Shown here: positions 37,230-51,074 of the stretch, piece after piece
Layout of the letters: each line of letters opens with the position of its first letter
How positions within the stretch are numbered: the first letter of the stretch is position 1
NCBI GenBank assembly: GCA_951406725.2
Contig: OX597821.1
Location: 23,932,001 to 23,996,000, forward strand
DNA: 64,000 nucleotides
From: Octopus vulgaris
Lineage: Eukaryota
Direction: 5' to 3'
Translations under genes and position numbers: made by a program
Notes under the pieces: generated by a model
Database searches by the model: none
Told to the model about the DNA's origin: nothing
What the model saw: only the letters and a program-made list of their open reading frames with translations

Positions 37230-37273
<44 letters not shown>

Positions 37274-37277
<4 letters not shown>

Positions 37278-38161
37278 GCCAGATCAACAAGTATCCAGAC
37301 TGTTGCCATAGTAACAAATCTAAAGCATGCAGAGGGAAGTTACTTGGTACATATTGACCTTGAACTCTGCTGAACATATGTCCCGAGTTTTAAAACCCTA
37401 GCTCACTTTTGCTGTTTACAGCAGTGCATGGAAGGAAGGTGTGTAGCATTGACCATGACAGAGGAAGTTGTCATGACGATACCTGCTCAGAGGCCTACAC
37501 AAAGTTGCCGAATGTGTATGAGCTGCACACAAGTGTACAAGAGGTTTGGACATTTCCAAGATGGCTGAGAAAATGTTGATATTGACAAACGTCCTGGGAA
37601 ACCCACAACCAGCAGAACTGAGAAAAACATCGCAGATGTGCATGCAGCTGTGAGGGGAAATCGTCGAATCACCATCCGTGAGTTATCAGAGGATGTGCAG
37701 ATTAGTTACAGTTCAGTTCAGTCCATTATCACTGAAGATTTGGGTATGAGACGCGTGTCCGCCCAGTTTGTGTCAAAGCTGCTTTCAGCTGACCAAAAAG
37801 ACACTCGGGTTTCAGTTGCACAAGATCTCCTTGATTGTGTCGAGAATGATGAAAACTTTTTGAAAACTTTGCGTAGGCCTCAGAGCAAGTATCGCTAAGC
37901 TTTTGGCAAAATTTGATGCAGATTCTCTGCTCAACTTTCTCTGTTATGGTCAATGCGATGATCACACGCTCCTCTGTCATGGCCAATGCTACACACCTTC
38001 CTTCCAAGCGCTACTGTAAACAGCGGAAGTGAGCTAGAACGTTAAAACTTAGTGCACATGCACAGCAGAGTTCAAGGTCAATCTGTACCAAGCGGCTTTA
38101 CTCTGCATGCTTTAGCTTCGTTACTATGGCAACAGTCCAGATACTTATTGATCAGATCACG
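37274..38161. mobile_element. Palindromic mariner derivative built from two 5' ends
   Basis: Both ends read GATCAA.AAGTATC..GACTGTTGCCATAGTAAC inward. Plus strand has the HTH remnant NRRITIRELSEDVQIS...LGMRRVSAQFV. Minus strand has the N-terminus EKVEQRICIKFCQKL. Confidence 0.85.
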
Positions 38162-38307
38162 TATCAGATCATGTGTCAAGAATGATAAAAACTTTGCATA
38201 GGCCCCTGAACAGGTATTGCCAAGCTTTTGGCAAAATTTGATGCAGATTCTCTGCTCAACTTTTTATGTCATGTATGACAATCACATGCTACACACCTTC
38301 CTTCCAA

Positions 38308-38339
<32 letters not shown>

Positions 38340-39595
38340 GTGTGTATTTATACACACACAAACTTTTCATTAAATACACAGCTATCTTTTAATTTTTACT
38401 TTTTACTTGTTTCAGTCATTGACTGTGGCCATGCTGGGACTCTGCCTTGAAGAAGCTTTTGTCAAATGAATCAACCTCAGTTCTTACACTTTTTTAAGCC
38501 TGGTAATTATTCTATCAGTCTCTTTTGCCAAACTGCTAAGTTACAGGGATGTAAACACTCCAACACCAGTTGTTAAGTGGTGGTGGTGGAGGACAAACAC
38601 AAGACATAAAAGCATGCATGCACACACACACACACACACATACACACACATATAAATATATATATATGCAACAGGCTTCTTTCAGTTTCCATCTACCAAA
38701 TCCACTCACAAGGCTATAGTAGATAGAAGACACTTGCCTATGGTGTCACATAGTTAAGTATAAAGTTTATATTTTAGATTTTTTGTATTTTCTTACAGTT
38801 GGTTGAGAACAAAAGAGTTTCTCAATTCATATTTAGCAAGTTGAGACCTTGAATTTGGAATAAAAATTTATGAAAAATTTTGATGATTTTAATTCAATGT
38901 TTGCCGCCACTTCAACATGGCCGTTTTGTATGAACAGACATTACTGCAATTTTTTAACCTCAAGAGGAAATTTTCTCTAGCTGGTTAACAATGAAACTTG
39001 CATCCAATATATTGCAAGCAGGGGAACAGACCCCTACCGCACTCTAGTGACAGGACCAACAGAACAGCCTGGTTCCAGGCTATTTTTTTGCCCTTCCTAA
39101 GTGCTAGAGATGGCAGTTGTTCACTCCAGTTCGCAATATGTTGAAAATCAAGCGATGATCAGTGGCTGATCTTGCAACAAAGCAGCTAGTTATAAAATCT
39201 CTGTAAGATATGAAAGCAGTAACTGTGCTGGCAAGTAATTTTAATTTATAATACTGTAAAAGAGGAAATTTGCATCATAGAACCAAAGGTGATTTCAGAG
39301 TCATTGGTATGAAAAAGGATCAACAAGAAGTTTGTATCATTGAAATAAAGGTGGCCTCTGGTAGGTTGGTAAAGAAAGAGTTATAGTGTTTGTGACCCAA
39401 CCTTCATCACATTTAATCAACTTAGGTGTAGGAGTGGCTGTGTGGTAAGTAGCTTGCTAACCAACCACATGGTTCTGGGTTCAGTCCCACTGCGTGGCAT
39501 CTTGGGCAAGTGTCTTTTACTATAGCCCTGGGCCGACCAATGCCTTGTGAGTGGATTTGGTAGATGGAAACTGAAAGAAGCCTGTCGTATATATG

Positions 39596-39634
<39 letters not shown>

Positions 39635-40031
39635 TTGTGTGTCTGTGTTTGCCTCCCTAGCATTGCTTGACAACCGATGCTGGTGTGTTTACTTCCCCGT
39701 AACTTAGCAGTTCGGCAAAAGAGACCGATAGAATAAGTACTGGACTTACAAAGAATAAGTCTCGGGGTCGATTTCCTCGACTAAAGGCGGTACTCCAGCA
39801 TGGCTGCAGTCAAATGACTGAAACAAGTAAAAGAGTAGAGAGTTAACTATTAGTATTGTTACCAAACTGAAAGCTGATTAGGTCCTTTTAATATACTTGC
39901 AGAGCCCACATTCATATCAATCGTCAATCAGATTAATCAAAAATCCACAGTAGTTCGCTTCATGTGGGAGGAGATCTGTTTAGGTATGTGTATTTGTGTG
40001 AGCATAAGTGAGGGAGACAGATAGATAGTCC

Positions 40032-40089
<58 letters not shown>

Positions 40090-40502
40090 TACAGTCAGAC
40101 AGAGAGATTCTAAAGAAATGACTTTATGTGAGAAAAGTTAACACAACCATCTAAGCTAAGCATTACTAACACAGCTCATAACTCACACAAAGACCTCTAT
40201 CTAATTGTGAAATGAGGCCACGCACATAAAATGCTAGAAAAGGGCTATATATTATTATCTTATAAGACTTACTCATCGTTTTCATTTATTCAACAATTCC
40301 CAGACTTTTCAATACGTAAATCGCGACAACAATACACAGTTTTGTTCTCACAAAACCAAAGTCTTTTTGGTTTATTTTATGCATTTTTATATGTATATGC
40401 ACCAGTAGATTTAACCCATTTCTAGCTCATATCTCTAACAAGAATGTTCTTGTTTATGTGTTCTGTGAATTTTCAAAATAATCATTGTGTGTGCGTGCGT
40501 GT

Positions 40503-40827
40503 GAAGGTACATGGCTCAGTGGTTAGAGTGTCGAGCTTACAAAGTTTGAATCCCGGACCGGGCTGCGTGTTGTGTTCTTGAGCAAGACACTTTATTTCAC
40601 GTTGCTCCAGTTCACTCAGCTGTAGAAATGAGTTGCAATGTCACAGGTGCCAAGCTGTATCAGCCTTTGCCTTTCTCTTGGATAACACTGGTGGCGTGGA
40701 GAGGGGAAGCTGGTATGCATGGGCGACTGCTGGTCTTCCATAAAACAACCTTGCCCAGACGTGTGCCTTGGAGGGTAACTTTCTAGGTGCAATCCCATGG
40801 TCAATCGTGACTGAAGGGGGTCTCAGC
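40503..40827 (+). mobile_element. tRNA-derived SINE family D
   Basis: TGGCTCAGTGGTTAGAG head and GTGTTGTGTTCTTGAGCAAGACACTTTATTTCACGTTGCTCCAGTTCACTCAGCTG core. Confidence 0.75.
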
Positions 40828-41241
40828 ATATATATATATTTACTCTTTAAGCATTAGTCTGACAAAATATATTTTGTTTCATATGTGGTTCTTCAGGATC
40901 TAAAGAACAATAATAGATTTGATATTTTATTCACTCTCAGAATGATCTTTGAGTGGTTGAACATAGCTTCTTGTGAACTTGTTGTTACTCCTTGGAATAT
41001 ATTCATCTATCTATATATGTATGCCAACTATATATATTCTTTTACTTGCTTCAGTCATTTGACTGTGTCCATGCCGGAGCACCACCTTTAGTTGAACAAA
41101 TTGACCCCAGCACTTATTCTTTGCAACTTTAGTACTTATTCTATCAGTCTCCTTTACCAAATAGCTAAGTTATGGTGACGTAAACACACCAACATCGGTT
41201 GTCAAGTGATGGCAGGGGGGACAAACACAGATATACAAATG

Positions 41242-41272
<31 letters not shown>

Positions 41273-41468
41273 GTTCATGTATATTCATATATACATATAT
41301 ATATGACAGGCTTCTTTCAGTTTCTGTCTACCAAATCCACTCACAAAGCTTTGGTCAGCCTGAGGCTAAAGTAGAAGACACTTGTCCAAAGAGCCACGCA
41401 GTGGGACTGAACCCAGAACCATGTAGTTGGGAAGAAAAATCCTTACCACATAGCCACTCCTGCACCTG

Positions 41469-41504
<36 letters not shown>

Positions 41505-42433
41505 TGTGTGGTTGAATCTCCTTTGACATTGCCTGGTGGTTGTAAACAAGCATTGCATCAAATCTTTCGTTTCAAATCTATCATGAAATATCCAACATTG
41601 GGAAAATATTATTTCACTTGGAAACAGTTGAGGTTGGTAATAGGGCATCCAGCCATAGAAAATTTTCCTCAATAAATTCTAACTGATCCATGTAATCAAG
41701 GAGATGTGAACATTAAAAAAATGGTGAACCAATAATTTATAAGAAGTTTTAGTAAAGACTTTCTGTAAGACTAGTACTTACTTCATTGACCTCTTTTGTC
41801 AAACCACTGAGTTATAGGGATGTAAACATGCCAACATCGGTTGTCAAGCAATAGTGGGGCGACAAACACAGACACACAAATACATACATAATGTTGTTGT
41901 TGCTATTTAGCCTATGGTCAGATCTCATCTTGTAGGCACATAATCAGAGATGTTGCAGCTGTGGCTTTCAGAATGTAGCAAATTTACCAAGCCATAATTA
42001 TTATTGTTGTCTTGAGTAACCGAAAAAAAACAAAAATTGTCATGCTGTACTTGTTTCAACTCTTTACATCTGAGTTTGAATCCTGCTGAAGTCATCTTTA
42101 TCTGTCATCCATCTGGATCCCTGGGGTTGGTAAAATAAAGTACCACCAGTACAGTAAATGATGATGATTTAATCAACTAACTCCACTTCCCTGCAAATTT
42201 CTCACTTTGAGATTTTTTAAAAATTTCTTTTACTTGTTTCTGTCATTTAACTGCAGCCATGCTGGAGCACCACCTTTACTTGAACAAATCGAACCCAGGA
42301 CTTATTTTCTGTAAGACTAGTACTTATTTCATTGGCCTCTTTTGCCAAACCGCTGAGTTATAGAGATGTAAACATACCAACATCGGTTGGCAAGCAATGG
42401 TGGGGCGACAAACACAGACATACAAATACATAC

Positions 42434-42485
<52 letters not shown>

Positions 42486-45075
42486 TACATATACATATAT
42501 ATATATATACACATATACATATATATATGGCACGTAAAAAAAGACATTTGAGCGTGGCCGTTGCCAGTACCGCCAGACTGGCCCTCATGCTGGTGGCACG
42601 TAAAAGCACCCACTACACTCTTGGAGTGGTTGGCATTAGGAAGGGCATCCGGCTGTAGAAACTCTACCAGATCAAGATTGGAACTTGCAAGGCTTTGGTT
42701 GGCTTGGGGCCATAGTAGGAGACACTTGCCCAAGGTGCTATGCAGTGGGACTGAACCAAGAACCGTGTGGTTGTGAGGCAAACTTCCTACCACACAGCCA
42801 CTCCTGCACCTATACACAACCACTTCTGTGCCTATATTTGCAATATTTATTTAGTGTCCTGATTAGCTTTGATCTAGCAAGCCTACAAACAGAGACATTC
42901 CTACTATGATCCTATCACCGTTTCCTTCAGATGCAATCTAATGTGTTCATTTTTATCAAATTCTTAACACCTGTTGAAAAGTTTCTAAGTCAAAAGCACC
43001 ACACTGTAATGATTTTATTATAGAACAGAAATGAAAGATAGAAGAAAGGTTTTGAGAGTTCCTCACTTCCTTCAAAATGAATGTAAACAAGATTTGTACA
43101 ATTCTCATGATACTATGCATTTCAGAATTGTCATACTGATGCAGGCTGTGGTACTACATCAATAGAAAGTTAAAAGTTAAGAGGATAGGATGTGAACTGG
43201 AGAATATTTAACTGCTATTTTTAACAAGGCAAATAGCCATCTGTTTTATTGGTATATTAAAGCTGATATTTAGAACTGAGTTAACATACAGGAATCTTTA
43301 TTATCACTATACAGACCAGAGATTTTGATTCCCCCACCAACATCAAACATTAGCTGTCTTACATTTAAGGATTTTTCAAGGAGTAAAGGCTTGAACTAGT
43401 GACCTTTATAGGGTCTCTGAGACTGGTGGGGTTAGAAGGAGAAGTAGAAACCTTGTCACATCATATATAGTCCATCTGACTGAAATACTAGGGATAAGCT
43501 CTGGTCCTTATGGATCCCCAAGCATCTACATGGTCACAAGACATGCAAGAAAGAATAGCCAAACTTCCTTCAAATTATACCCTACCATCTTAACCCTTTA
43601 GCATTTAAACCAGCCACATCTGACCTAAATATTCTACCTGTTTATCATGTTCACACTGGTGAGATCTGATCTCTCACACCTACCCTACAATGTAATTCTA
43701 AAAACAAACAACCACATCTCATCAAAATCTCAAAACTACAAGATAATGCATGATTAATTCAAAATAATCTGAATAAATAAGTATTATATTTGACCGAATA
43801 ATGTGAATGCTACAAGATTGAACAACACATTGAATAATGAAGTCCCTGTTATACAAAAAAAAAAAAAAGAAAAAGACAGGTGGTTGTAGCTAAATGCTTC
43901 TGATCATTGACCTGCTAGACCAGGGCTTTTCTTGGTGCTAAAATAGCATTGGCGAGAACAGCAATCTATTGTCTGGTACCTTGTTACAGCCTAATTGACT
44001 GGGCCAAGGACACAGTAAACTGAAACAACAGAAACAGTAACAAGAACTCCCAGACATACTTCATCTACATTCTAATGTCTTCAGTGGGACTTCTTCAACC
44101 GAACATGTTATGACACTCACAGACAAATTGATTTAATAGCATTGTTGGTATTCTCTTCTATAATTTCATGAAAGCAGTCAACTGCCTCACACAACAAAAT
44201 ACTTTAAAGCTTGCTGACATTATCAGCCTGCTGATAATGTCACTCAAATTTAAATTATTAATGTCACACCATAGCTATGACAACAACTACAACTACAACA
44301 AATTGACAAGTTGGTAAGTTGGTATTTCACAAAAAGGAACAGCAAAATACCTCGTTAGCCCTATAATGCAAATAAAGTGCAATTAACTCTTGTAAATGTC
44401 TGTGCTCGGTTATTATCATTGTTGTTGCTGCTGTTTTAACCTTACATCAACCATGATGATCAAAGGCATTCCAGCCATGACCATCCTGTCATTTTAGAGG
44501 CATATAGTATTATGTAATCTAATGTCCAGGAGTATTCCAGATGTAGGACATGAAAAGTCTTTGCATATTTGTGTTGGACGTAATCATTCATACCAGTATG
44601 TAATTCCTCATAAGGAATCTAATTTGTATTTCATGAAGAGATTTCCATCTTTATATATATATATACTTGGACTGTACCAGCAGACTTGGATGTTTCACAG
44701 TCCTTTGAAGGATTTTGGTCATCATATTTTTTTGTATGTATAAATATATGTATAATATATATACACTTGTATAGATGTACATATATATATGTATATATAT
44801 ATATACACATGTATATATGTACATATATATGTATATATATATATATATATAGTTAATCCAAACAAGAAAACAAAAAGAAAACAACGCAAGGACGTGGAAC
44901 AAATAAAGTATTATTGGACGCTCAGGAAAGAAGGGAAGAAGGATATATATATATATATATATATACACTTGTACAGATGTATATATATGTATATATATAT
45001 ATACACATGTATATATGTACATATATATGTATATATATATATACACATATATGTACACATATGTACATATATATA

Positions 45076-45120
<45 letters not shown>

Positions 45121-45129
45121 CATAAAGTA

Positions 45130-45506
45130 TACTAGCCATCTCAATATGGCTAACCACTAAGGGTGGGTGTTACTGTAGCTTTTAGCCCTAGGAGATCATC
45201 GTCTCCAGCTGGCTTTAGGCACACATATTTGCAAAGGGAGGTCATCCCTCTCTCGTAAACCTAAGTGATACTGAGTAAAGTTCACTATTCAATGCATGGG
45301 ATAAGACCTAAACAAACACATTATAGATTTTAGCACTTGCGAGATGAATTTCGGAACAGAAATCGCGCAGTTCAATTTTCATTCGCCTAAACTTTAAGTG
45401 ACCCATTTTTGGTGGTTCTACGATTTGTTGGCTAGGAGGAGATGTGCCAGGAAGTTAAACACACAGACACACACAGATACACAAGTTGAGTTTTATATAT
45501 ATAGAT
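45130..45506 (-). mobile_element. Non-autonomous Helitron related to 30861-31233
   Basis: Shares TAGCCATCTCAATATGGCTAACCAC..GGG.GTTACTGTAGC; minus-strand 5' end ATCTATATATATAAAA. Confidence 0.65.
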
Positions 45507-45519
45507 ATATATATATATA

Positions 45520-45875
45520 TAATTCGTTTTTGGATTTGGTTTGCAAGATTCTTTATATGAGTTCGTGTGTTGAAGCATATTCTGTTGTGTCTGGGGAGAG
45601 TCATCTTCTTTTTGTGCCTTATAATGTAACACACTCACCGGTAAAATTTCCACTTATTTCTTATTTTTATTTTCCTAAAATTTTCATTGCGTCTTGCAAC
45701 CTTTTCAATAGTCTTGAAAAGGTTGCCAGACTATTAAGAGTCAAGGCTATTGAAAAAGTTGCAAGACGCAATGAAAATTTTATGAAAATAAAGATAAGAA
45801 ATAAGTGGAAATTTTACTGGTGAGTGTGTTACATTATAAGGCACAAAAAGAAAATGACTCTCCCCAGAAACAACA

Positions 45876-45876
<1 letters not shown>
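45520..45876. repeat. (TA)n-flanked fold-back element with ~130-bp arms
   Basis: 45580-45714 is the reverse complement of 45745-45876. Confidence 0.85.
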
Positions 45877-45922
<46 letters not shown>

Positions 45923-46135
45923 TATATATATCATATATTACATATATTATATATATATGTATATTTTATATATTATATATATTATATATATATATATATA
46001 TATCATTATGTATATGTATATTTTTATATGTATAGGAGTGTGAGTATATGCACTCATATTTATATGTATATGTTGTATTATGGGTATGTACCCACACCCA
46101 TGTGGATATATATGTAGACTGATTTATATTACATA

Positions 46136-46262
46136 ATCTCCGAAGAGGCCTTATGATATTTTTGTAAATGTCTCATTTATATCTATATATTGACCTACCA
46201 TAAAAGGCTAATATTGGTAAAATGAGACATACTTATCTACATGGCCGAAACAGCTGTAAGAT
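46136..46262 (+). ncRNA. Hammerhead ribozyme motif with long stem II insertion (CCGAAGA core)
   Basis: ATCT-CCGAAGA-GGCC...GGCC-GAAA-CAGCTG-TA-AGAT. Confidence 0.7.
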
Positions 46263-46491
46263 GTAATCTATACTTATATTTATATTTACTTATATTTATA
46301 TTCTCTTTTATATATATTCTACTTATTATACATCATTACTCTTTTATGTACACTACTGTATGTACACTGATTTGTTCTGCATTTTATATGTAACCCTACA
46401 GTCTCTTATGTGGTGGTTTAATAAAGTATGTGATTGAGTATTACCGTGTAATTGATATTTGATTTAGATGTATTTCTCCATTTTCTTATCT

Positions 46492-46530
<39 letters not shown>

Positions 46531-46630
46531 TATATTACATATATTATATATCATCATCATCATCATCATCGTTTAACGTCCGCTTTCCATGCTAGCATGG
46601 GTTGTATATATTATATATATATGTATATAT

Positions 46631-46719
<89 letters not shown>

Positions 46720-46981
46720 TTAAAATAATAAGGGTGAAAAATTGAATATTAATTTGATTAATATCAATTGAAAACCAATGGTCTAGCATATTAAAATCTG
46801 AAGATGCAGAAAAATTATATTACATACATATAAGAGGGATGGCCACTACATGGAAATCCATTATGCTAGAAGTAGATCCGCTATGGTCTTACCACTAAGA
46901 AAGGAATGTTCTCAAGAAAATTTTAGCAAACGCCAGAACCTAAGTGAGCAAGACAAATGAAAAGAAACAAAATATAGATTA

Positions 46982-47052
46982 ATCATAAACTAGTTTCGCT
47001 ATTATCACTTACATAATTACTTACATAATTGTCTGTAGCTCATCAGTGTGAT
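46982..47052 (-). ncRNA. Type I hammerhead ribozyme motif next to a Penelope-like fragment
   Basis: Minus strand ATCACA-CTGATGA-GCTA...TAGC-GAAA-CTAG-TT-TATGAT. Confidence 0.7.
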
Positions 47053-47099
47053 CGTTTTTGCAAATATAATTTGCAGAACTATACACGAAACGTCCACAT

Positions 47100-47490
47100 C
47101 AGCATATTCGGGCTTGTGTTAGGAGACTTTTCATAGATTTGAGTTGTCTCTTGCTTTTTATGATGGTGTGTGTTTGGAGGATTAAGTTCATTCTGTGGTC
47201 CTTTTTTAGCAGGGGAATATCTTGAAGGATGGTGTCAAAGGCGTCATTGTTAAGAGGGTCATAAAAAGCAAGAGACAACCCAAATCTATGAAAAGTCGCC
47301 TAACACATGCCCGAATATGCTCAACAACACAGAAACCATCAGTAAAAAAATGCGGAAGACCCAACTATGGGATATACGTCAATTTAATTGAGGGATCAGA
47401 GTTCTCCTACAAACAGGGACATCGTTTAACAGTGAAAAGCAACTTCACATGCTTTGGAGAACCTGCTTTGGGTGTCAAGAGCACTACATA
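47100..47490 (+). mobile_element. Penelope-like fragment (RT-to-GIY-YIG linker) with internal inversion
   Basis: VKKCGRPNYG...IEGSEFSYKQGHRLTVKSNFTC resembles the linker of the element at 58028-59566. 47102-47163 is inverted relative to 47259-47320. Confidence 0.6.
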
Positions 47491-48480
47491 GGCCAAACAA
47501 AAAACAGTCTACATAAAAGAATGGCAGTGGGACTGAACTAGGAACCAAGTGATTGGGAAGCAAACCTCTGACAACATAGCCATGCCTGCACCAATCCATA
47601 CATAGCTTTGCTGCTGAAATGGCCCCCAAGGTCAAAGCTGTGAATTTTAAAAACACTAGCATACAACTACTGACGATAAACATAAACGCACCAAAGGCAT
47701 TTTGTGCTCATTTGCATATCAATACATTCATTGGAGACATCAATTTACTGAAGTCCTAAGATAGTGTAATTGTGAATAAATTGTAAACATATTTACATGC
47801 ATATATTTATTGATATTTAACGATCAGTTAGCTTCACTGCAGAAATAGATGCATTAACCAACTGCTTGATCAATGGAACCACATTGCTGTTTGGATTCTG
47901 GTCTCCCTGGCAGAGTATTATGTAATCTTCAAGCAGGATCTATTTGACACTGTGTAAGAAAGATGGCTCATGTATTATAGATACAGTGTATAAAATGGGG
48001 CTTCCACAAACTCTGTCAACCAAATGTCACTTATTTGACTTAGATTGACCCAAAACTATGGTAGAAGATTTATCCAGTGTTAGACATTGGAATTTAATAC
48101 AGGATCTATTATCAATGATAAAGTGAACACCCAAACCAATGACCTATGCTTGCACCAGAATGCATACATACATATATATGTTTATACACACACACACACA
48201 CACATATTTGGGAAGTGTTCAAAAGTCAGCATAATAAAGTTTAGTATTTGGTACAAAGGTTAATTAATTCCAGTTTTGACTTCTGAAGAAATTATCTAGA
48301 CTTGATAGGATATATATTTCATATATATATATATATATATAAACACACACATACAAACGTACATATATATATTTGTTTAGTGTATTTTGAGTAAAAATTT
48401 GTAACGCATGTGTAAGAGTTCTTATGCTATTGTTCAGGTACCACATGTTATTATATCTTGGGGTATCTCATATACATATA

Positions 48481-48524
<44 letters not shown>

Positions 48525-48529
48525 ATATA

Positions 48530-49766
48530 CAGGGTGGGGAAGCAAAATTTACAATGAACGTTAAGTTGTTTTTTCTCAGCAGGCACAAAGTTAATTGTTT
48601 TGAAACTTAGCATATATTGATGTCGTAATCATACCTAACACTATTAGCCTTACCTTTTCAGAAACTTTTGCCCATATGAGTAATCAGGAAAGCAAACTTC
48701 AAAGAGTGTGTGATTTGCTGAATGCACTCGTCACACCAAAGGAGATTTCAAGAATAGTTGGGGTGGCCATAAAGACTGTTTATAATGTAAAGAATTGAAT
48801 GACTATGAGCAAAACTATTATGAGGGGGTCAGGAAGTGGAGGAATCAACAAAAACGTAACAAAGCTTTTATTAAAGCTCTCAAATTCAAAATTCTAAAGG
48901 ATCCAACCAAATCCACGAGAAAAATGGCAATTGAACTTGAGGTAGACACGAAGACCATTAGAAATGCAGTAAAATATGATTTGAGGTTAAAATCTTACAC
49001 AAGAACATCAAAACTCTTGTTGACAACAGCTATGAAGGAAAAGAGATTGGAAAGGTGCAAGAAAATTATTTCATGGTTCAAGAAAAAGTCCTCCATTGTA
49101 ACGATCTTTTCTGATGAAAAGATCTTCAGTGTCGATGCTGTTCTGAACCACAGAAATGACAGATTTATTGCAAAATCAACAGCTGAGGTTAAGGGCACAT
49201 TCAAAACAAAACATCCTGCTCAAGTTATGGCTTTTGGTGTTGTGGCTTCCGATGGAAAGAAAATGCCCATAAAATTCTACAAAGTTGTGAAAAGATCAAT
49301 GTTAATACTTACTACAAGACTCTGACTAACCAGGTATTGCCATGGCTTAAAGCAAACTACCCAGATGGTAATTATGTATGGACACAGATGGTGCTCCAGC
49401 ACACACAGGTAGAAAAATACAAGATTTCTGCAAATCCAACTTTAGCAATTTTTTGGAATCATGTTTATGGCCGCCTTCTAGCCCAGATCTAAACCCTCTG
49501 GATTATGCTATTTGGGGCGTTTTAGAACATGCTACCAATAGAACATCACATAGCAATGTCGACTCTCTTAAAGATACTATTAAAGAAGAATGGGAGAAGT
49601 TGTCTCCCGAATATTTGAGGAACACTTGTGCAAGTTTCAGGAAGTGTGTGAAGGCAGTTATTGAGAAAGAAGGAGGACACAGAGAATAAAAAACATTTTC
49701 TGTTATGTAAATTTTCTTGTGGCAAATAATTCTCATGACTTTCTGTAAATTTTGTTTCCCCACCCC

Positions 49767-49767
<1 letters not shown>
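48530..49767 (+). mobile_element. Full-length Tc1/mariner DD37D (maT-type) element; transposase 48676-49689 frameshifted
   Basis: TA|CAGGGTGGGGAAGCAAAATTTACA ... TGTAAATTTTGTTTCCCCACCCCG|TA. Motifs FSDEKIF, DGAPAH, WPPSSPDLNPLD; 37 residues between the last two aspartates. Confidence 0.93.
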
Positions 49768-49806
<39 letters not shown>

Positions 49807-50185
49807 TGTAAAGTCTATTTGCCAATGCAAAGTGGCAGTCCTACATGTTACTACTTCTTTCCATGTTACTGGAAAACATCTTATGGTTATCGACACCTGA
49901 TCTGTGTCCGTACACTGTGAGCAAGAGAACTTACCACTACCTATTTAGCCATAGTGATACCAGTGGACCAATGGTTTCTGGTAATTTCCCTTCGTCGGGA
50001 CTGGACAATCACCAGCTAGAGATAGCTGTCACTCGACCTTGCTCACAGCATATACTTTTCAAGCAACACAGTTACTGATCTCATAAAGAGAAAAACAACT
50101 AGTTTTAAATCTCTGAGTGAGATCTGCATATTAACAGTACAGTACCGTAAAGTCTATTTGTCAATACAATATATATACATATATA

Positions 50186-51074
50186 CAGGATGGGTGGAAG
50201 GTAACTAGGCATTAGGAATTGCTTACAGAATTTTTAGCATCATGAAGTCATGACGAAAACATTTTTAAAGAGACAACACTAATGGAGATTTCTTATTTTC
50301 TTATTGTCTTACTTCTTATTTTCCAGATAGCCAGTCATTTGACTGTTCCGGAGTGAACTAAGATAGCATCACGCTATGAAGTGTGGAATTTCATTGCTCT
50401 AGTTCAGAGATGGTGACATACACGGAAAGGTAAGCATGCAATACTAAGACTGGAGACATTCAAAAGTTGTCATGCAAAGCTGATAATCACATGCTCTGTG
50501 AACAATGCAAGAAATGGCCATCCAACCACATCCTGATCAGTGGAGAACGTGGCAACAGTGCAGGAAATATTTAATCACAACCTGCAAAAATCAACACGTC
50601 AAGTAGCTCATGAAAGTGGACTAACAAGACACACAATACACACAGTGTTGCATAAAGAATTGAATTTTCATCCATGGAAATCCCATTATATGCAGGAGCT
50701 AAAACCTGATGGGACAATGCAGACCTCATGAAGGGCCTCCAAGAAGTCCAGATCTCACTGCATGTGATTTTTATCTGTGGGGTTTCACAGAAGAGATATA
50801 CAAGACAAAACCTTGCACACTGGCGGACTTGGAGACATGGATTCAGGAAGTTCTCAATGATATCCCAAACAACATCCTTCAGAAGATTGTTCATTCCATC
50901 CCTGGCCGTTTGAGGAAACTGGTTGACCCCACCAGTGCTTACATTGAAATATGAAGATTTACTTTCGTTTTCCCATGTAATAAAGAACATGTATAATTTG
51001 CTTTAATGAATCAGTAAAAGGAATATGGATTTTATTACCAATTTTTAATGCCTACTTACTTTCCACCCACCCTA
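50186..51074 (+). mobile_element. Internally deleted Tc1/mariner element (PPRSPDLTACDFYLWG type)
   Basis: TIRs CAGGATGGGTGGAAGGTAACTAGGCATTA / TAATGCCTACTTACTTTCCACCCACCCT. HTH remnant KSTRQVAHESGL; middle of the catalytic region missing. Confidence 0.85.
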
